Of a stretch of DNA of 64,000 nt, positions 59,481 to 64,000 are shown one piece after another. The DNA lies in NCBI GenBank assembly GCA_965112735.1, contig OZ218956.1:434001-498000 (forward strand), read 5' to 3'. Every line of letters starts with the position of its first letter. The first letter of the stretch is position 1. Both the position numbers and the translations under genes were made by a program. This DNA comes from Phaeosaccion multiseriatum. Taxonomy: Eukaryota > Protista > Ochrophyta, other classes. The notes under the pieces are model-generated. The model was given only the letters and a program-made list of their open reading frames with translations, ran no database searches and was not told the origin of the DNA.

Positions 59481-60898
59481 CTATGCAAGGGCCGTGCCGC
59501 CCTCCCGTCCCGAAGGAGAGACATCCACTACCATCCTTTTGGAGTCGATGTCAATGGTCATACCGCCCTGCTCCAGAAAGGCAAGCCCAATCACAATGAC
59601 GTCACGATTGGCAAAGCCCCTCCATGTGACGTCCACGGCGGTGGTGATGGGCTTAATGGCGGAGAGGGTTACCGGGTTGCCGTTCTCCGCCTCCAGCTGG
59701 ACATCCACGGAGCGGAAGGGCCGCTCGAAGCTGTCCGAGGCCACTTGGAAGGCGTGGTTGAAAAGGTCCGTGGACATTGCCATACCTGAGAGAGAGAGAG
59801 AGAGGGAGGGAGGGAGACAGGGAGGGAGGGAAGGATGGAGGGAGGGAGGGAGGGAGGGTGAGGGAGGGAGGGAAGGAGGGTAGAGCGCCGCGTCAAATGG
59901 GGGGGCATGCCAAGTGGGAGGGGGAGGAGGAGGAGGAGTAGCTTGGAGAGTCACACATCATTTCCATTCATCCCTTCTCCTGCAGGTAGGGAGGCGTGGT
60001 ACACAAAACGCTACAGGAGAGAGATACACACAGAAAGAGAGGCAGAGGGAGATGGGGAGAGACAGAGAGAGAGGGAGAGAGAGAGAGAGAGACAGAGAGG
60101 GAGAGAGAGAGAGGGAGAGAGACAGAGAGACAGACAGACCTGTCATGCCGGTATCAATTATGCAGAAGACCTGATTCTGCTTCCTGGTGATGTCCTTGTG
60201 CCTGCGCCGCAAGGGAATGCCGTTCATCCGAAGAAGGCCCACTCTGGCTGCGTAGTGCTTTACAGGGTCTCCCAAGGGGCCTAAGTCCACCTACAGAGGC
60301 GAGAGGGGGCAGAGGGGAAGGGGCGAGGAGGGGGGAGGGGGGAGGGGAGCGCCAGCGGAAGACAGAGAGAGAGAGAGGCCGCTGAGCTTGGGTGGCTCCA
60401 TACACCGCCTGCAACGGATTCACTCACTCACTCACTCACTCACTCACTCACTCTCTCACTCACTCACTCACTCACTCACTCACTCCCTCACTCACTCACT
60501 CACTCCCTCACTCCCTCACTCACTCCCTCACTCACTCACTCCCTCACTCACTCACTCCCTCACTCACTCACTCCCTCACTCATTCACTCACTCACTCACT
60601 CACTCACTCACTCACTCACTCACTCACTCACTCACTCACTCACTCACTCACTCACTCACTCACTCACTCACTCACTCACTCACTCACTCACTCACTCACT
60701 CACTCACTCACTCACTCACTCACCAGACGGACGGCGTCACGTCGATCCGCCGGAATGAGCGGCCGAGAGGACAGGATCAGTCGCTGCAGAGGAGGGGAAA
60801 GGAAACGTACAAGGGGTGAGGAGGGTACAGGAGGGCGAGACAGCTCACAGCTTAGCACTGACGAGACCGCCCCCAAGACAGAGGGCCACTCACCCACT

Positions 60899-60937
<39 letters not shown>

Positions 60938-62037
60938 TTCCAGGAAAGTCGAAGCGCATAGCGGAGATGTCGGTCTGTCCCAAGAAGGTGGGACGGACGC
61001 TTTCATCGGCTCTGTCCTTGATGAGGCCGATAAACACCCCCCCCCCGCTCATCTGCCGAGTCAGCTCCACCGGGAGAAGCCCGAACACGGTGCGGTAGGC
61101 GAAGAAGGTACCGGAGTCGTCAGAGCCGCTGCCATGCGAGGGAGGGGCGAGAGGGAGGGAGGGAGGGGGCGAGGGAGGGAGGGACGGAGGGACGGAGGGA
61201 GAGACAGGGAGGGACGGAGGGGCGAGGGAGGTGGGGAGGGGGCAGCAGATGAAAGAGAGGGAGGGTGGGAGGGAAGGAGGGTGGGAGGGAGGGAGCGAGG
61301 GGGCAGGGAGGGAGGGGACGGGTGAAGGAGCCGTTGTGTTCGATTACCGGCCCTGGTGGTTGGACTCCCTGCCATGTTGCAATACCTCCCCTGGCTGCCC
61401 TCCTGAGCACCCTGTCGGTCTTTCCATACCCGACTCACCTGCTGAGCGTGAGCAGCCCCTTCCTCCACGCCACATCTCCCCCTCCCGAAGCAAACCTCTC
61501 GAAGGTGTCGCTCAGCCCGGATGCCTCGCTTTTCTTATAGCAGCCCCACAGTGTCGGGTTGCACACCTTATCGACGAGCAGAAACGGGCTTCCAGTATCC
61601 AAAATCCCACGATATAGCGATCCGTCGATGGCGTATCTCGTACAGTAGGCGCCTCCACATTGAGTCAGAGGCAGCGAGATTAAAGTGGGCAGCTCGTCTG
61701 TCGCGCTAGCGAGGATCTCTGTATCGTACAAGGGCATCCCCCTCTCTTGCTCCTCGGCTGCAACGGCTACTCTCCCTGCCAGCGCCGACGCGCACACGCC
61801 CACTCTCAACAGCCCGCGACTCATCCATTCTCTGCGATTTTCTGAACCTCTTAGAGGCTTGCCCCCCGGAAGCTCCTCAGGGCCTCCCTTCACCGCCAAA
61901 GCGGTCGAAAGTCGCCGGAAGGTCCACGCACGCGTTGAAGAAGTCTGCTGCTGAGGAAGGAGCCTCCAGGGGCCAGCCGCCCACCCAACGACGAGATCCA
62001 GCTCACAAAAGAGCAGCACCAGCGCAAAGAGCTTCAT
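59481..62037 (-). CDS. Aspartic protease-like protein (two DTG motifs), probably plastid/thylakoid-lumen targeted; ~5 exons
   Basis: YRGILDTGSPFLLV and FCIIDTGMTG, plus VIVIGLAFL near the C-terminus. Signal peptide followed by an RR...hydrophobic...AVAA segment. Confidence 0.72.
60420..60723. repeat. (CACT)n / (GTGA)n intronic microsatellite abutting a splice donor
   Basis: Begins exactly at the minus-strand donor after ...DAVRL. Confidence 0.9.
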
Positions 62038-62344
62038 CAACCCGTGCAGCCCCCCATACAGGCAGAGTCAATTATCCAATACAGTCAGCAATGACAAACC
62101 CAGCTGTGATCTGGATGACCAACTGGGGAACTTCCAACGGTGAGACGATCTGGCGGGGAGTTCGGGGGATAATACAAGTGAGAATCCTCAGCTGAATTAG
62201 CAGCGCTTTAACAAATGAAGCACCGAGCGTAGAGCTGCAGCGCTCAGGAATGGCAAGCAGGGGAATGATATCCGGAGAGAAAATGGGGGGATCTCCCGGG
62301 ATCTCCCAACCGCTGCCCTCTGTACCTTGCGTTAGGTTCGACAG

Positions 62345-63471
62345 ATGAGGCCGCGGTCGGGCTTGCCAGCCCCGCTGCGCCGCGGCTTGTGGAAGAGGCT
62401 GCGGCGCGGCTGGATCTCGGGCTCTGCCATTGGGCTTCTCTTTCTGGTTCTGAATCACGGCAGGGGCGTGGCCCGTGCTTTGGATGTGGATGTGGAGCTC
62501 ACCAAATCCCAGGCTATTCAGCTCTATCAAAGCGGGCAGATCGCGTCTGCTATTGATCAGCTTGTTCATCTGATCGGCACTATAGAAGCAGATGCCGGTG
62601 CGGGCGGGGGAGGGGCAATCGAAGCCGGGCAAGATGGCCCAGCAGCAGCAACAGCAGCAGCAGGCAGTGCGAGGGCCAGCCCCCCTTCGTCGATTGCGGA
62701 CACGTACTTCACACTAGCACTCATGCTGCAGCAGCAGGGAGACTCTGCGGCCGCCATTGGCTTCTATCGAGGGGCCGTGGCGCTGGACGATGCACACGTG
62801 GACGCCACGAACAACCTCGCTCTGGCCCTGGGGGAGGCGGGGGGAGAAGAGGTACGGGTCGGTCGTACGCAGGAGGGAGAGAGAGGGGATGAGAGAGGGG
62901 GGATGGCAGTGGATGTGCGGGGCTCCTCTCACAGCGCTATTGTGTGCCACTGCTCCTAATGCTGCGCCTGGCATTGGTCATCGTACACTCACTCACTCTC
63001 TCACCCACTCACTCAGCCTGGGCGATGAAGATGCCACCATGTACGACACACGCCTCTCCCTGTGTCTTACTCTTGGTGGTGAGAAGACTTCTCCAGCCTC
63101 TTTACCCCTGCCCTCCCTCCCCCCCCTTACCCCGCCCGCCCCCTCTCGCGCCATCGCCCTTGTCGTTCTCCACTGAAACTCAAAGGCCGACGCAGCAGAG
63201 ATTGAAGATCTGTACCGGCGAGCGGCCCTCCTCTCTCCCGGCCACCGCTGGGCCCTCAACAACTTGGGCCTCCACCTGCTTAGGCAGCAGGGCACACGGG
63301 CACACGAGGCGGTGGAGGCCTTCCTTCTGGCCTTGGTGCACCATCCAAATGATCATGAGCTTCATTACAACGCTGCCGTGGCACTCGCTGAGCTCGGGAA
63401 CGTGGAGGCCGCAGCGGCACACTATGCCTCGGTGCTGCAGCTGGAGCCGCGGGTGAGAGAGAGAGCGAGAG

Positions 63472-63511
<40 letters not shown>

Positions 63512-64000
63512 GGAGAGAGACAGAGGGTGTCCATGCACATACGGAGTGTCAGGTGGTAGGGTTCCCAGGCATGAGGTAGCCTCAGGTGGGTCCTCTAGCC
63601 CAGTAGCGGAGCTCCACGCCCGTTTGTGGTGTGCTTGCTACTCCCTGGCTTTTTCATCTCGCATCCTCCTCCTCGCTGCAAACGGACCGTCTAATATATG
63701 AACGACCAATGCTACGCAACTTCCTCCCCCACCCTCCTCACTACTGCCGGGTCACACCACACCACACCGCAGCACATGGGAGCGATGCTGAACCTCGCGG
63801 CTCTGCACCACCGACACGGCGACCTTTCCGACGCCATTGATCACTACTCTGATGTGCTGCGCGTGTTGGAGGGCGAGGGGAGAGGGGGAGGGGGAGGGGG
63901 AGGAGGGGATAGAGCTCTCGAGGTACTCACGAGGGGAAACGTGGGCACTGCTCTGTACCAAGCGGGGCAGGCGAGAGCGGCCCTGCGGCAGCTGTTCGCA
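62345..64000 (+). CDS. TPR-repeat protein with N-terminal signal/anchor, truncated by the window end
   Basis: TPR motifs ADTYFTLALMLQQQGD..AAIGFYRGAVALD..HVDATNNLA, ALNNLGLHL, LHYNAAVALAELGNVEAAAAHYASVLQLEP, AMLNLAALHH. Confidence 0.75.

Overview
Eukaryotic nuclear DNA, not prokaryotic. It is GC-rich, with spliceosomal GT-AG (occasionally GC-AG) introns packed with microsatellites. A nuclear phosphoribulokinase and a YqeH-type GTPase carry bipartite signal-peptide + 'AF' plastid presequences, indicating an alga with a secondary red plastid (most likely an ochrophyte/stramenopile; inference). Most ORF-track entries are microsatellite artefacts, so I rebuilt about 16 spliced gene models by eye: a CCCH-zinc-finger/DEDDh/RRM (SDN/REXO-like) exonuclease, a PRKRIP1-like splicing factor, a GARP Myb-like TF, a YqeH/NOA1 GTPase, a long-chain alcohol oxidase, a ZIFL-like MFS transporter, an RTX-repeat type I membrane protein, PRK, a bZIP TF, three PAI-like flavoprotein paralogs (one an inverted pseudogene), a CHB_HEX_C/Fn3-associated membrane protein, an aspartic protease, a truncated TPR protein and a truncated unknown gene at the window start. 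Most striking: (1) a eukaryotic RTX-nonapeptide surface protein whose repeat array is cut by five same-phase introns into exons of exactly 5, 4, 1 and 3 repeats; (2) the fatty-acid-isomerase-like cluster with a ~4 kb inverted duplication and very different intron content between paralogs; (3) near-perfect strand alternation with short divergent promoters. Exon boundaries and family calls come from manual reading and motif recognition; no database search was run.
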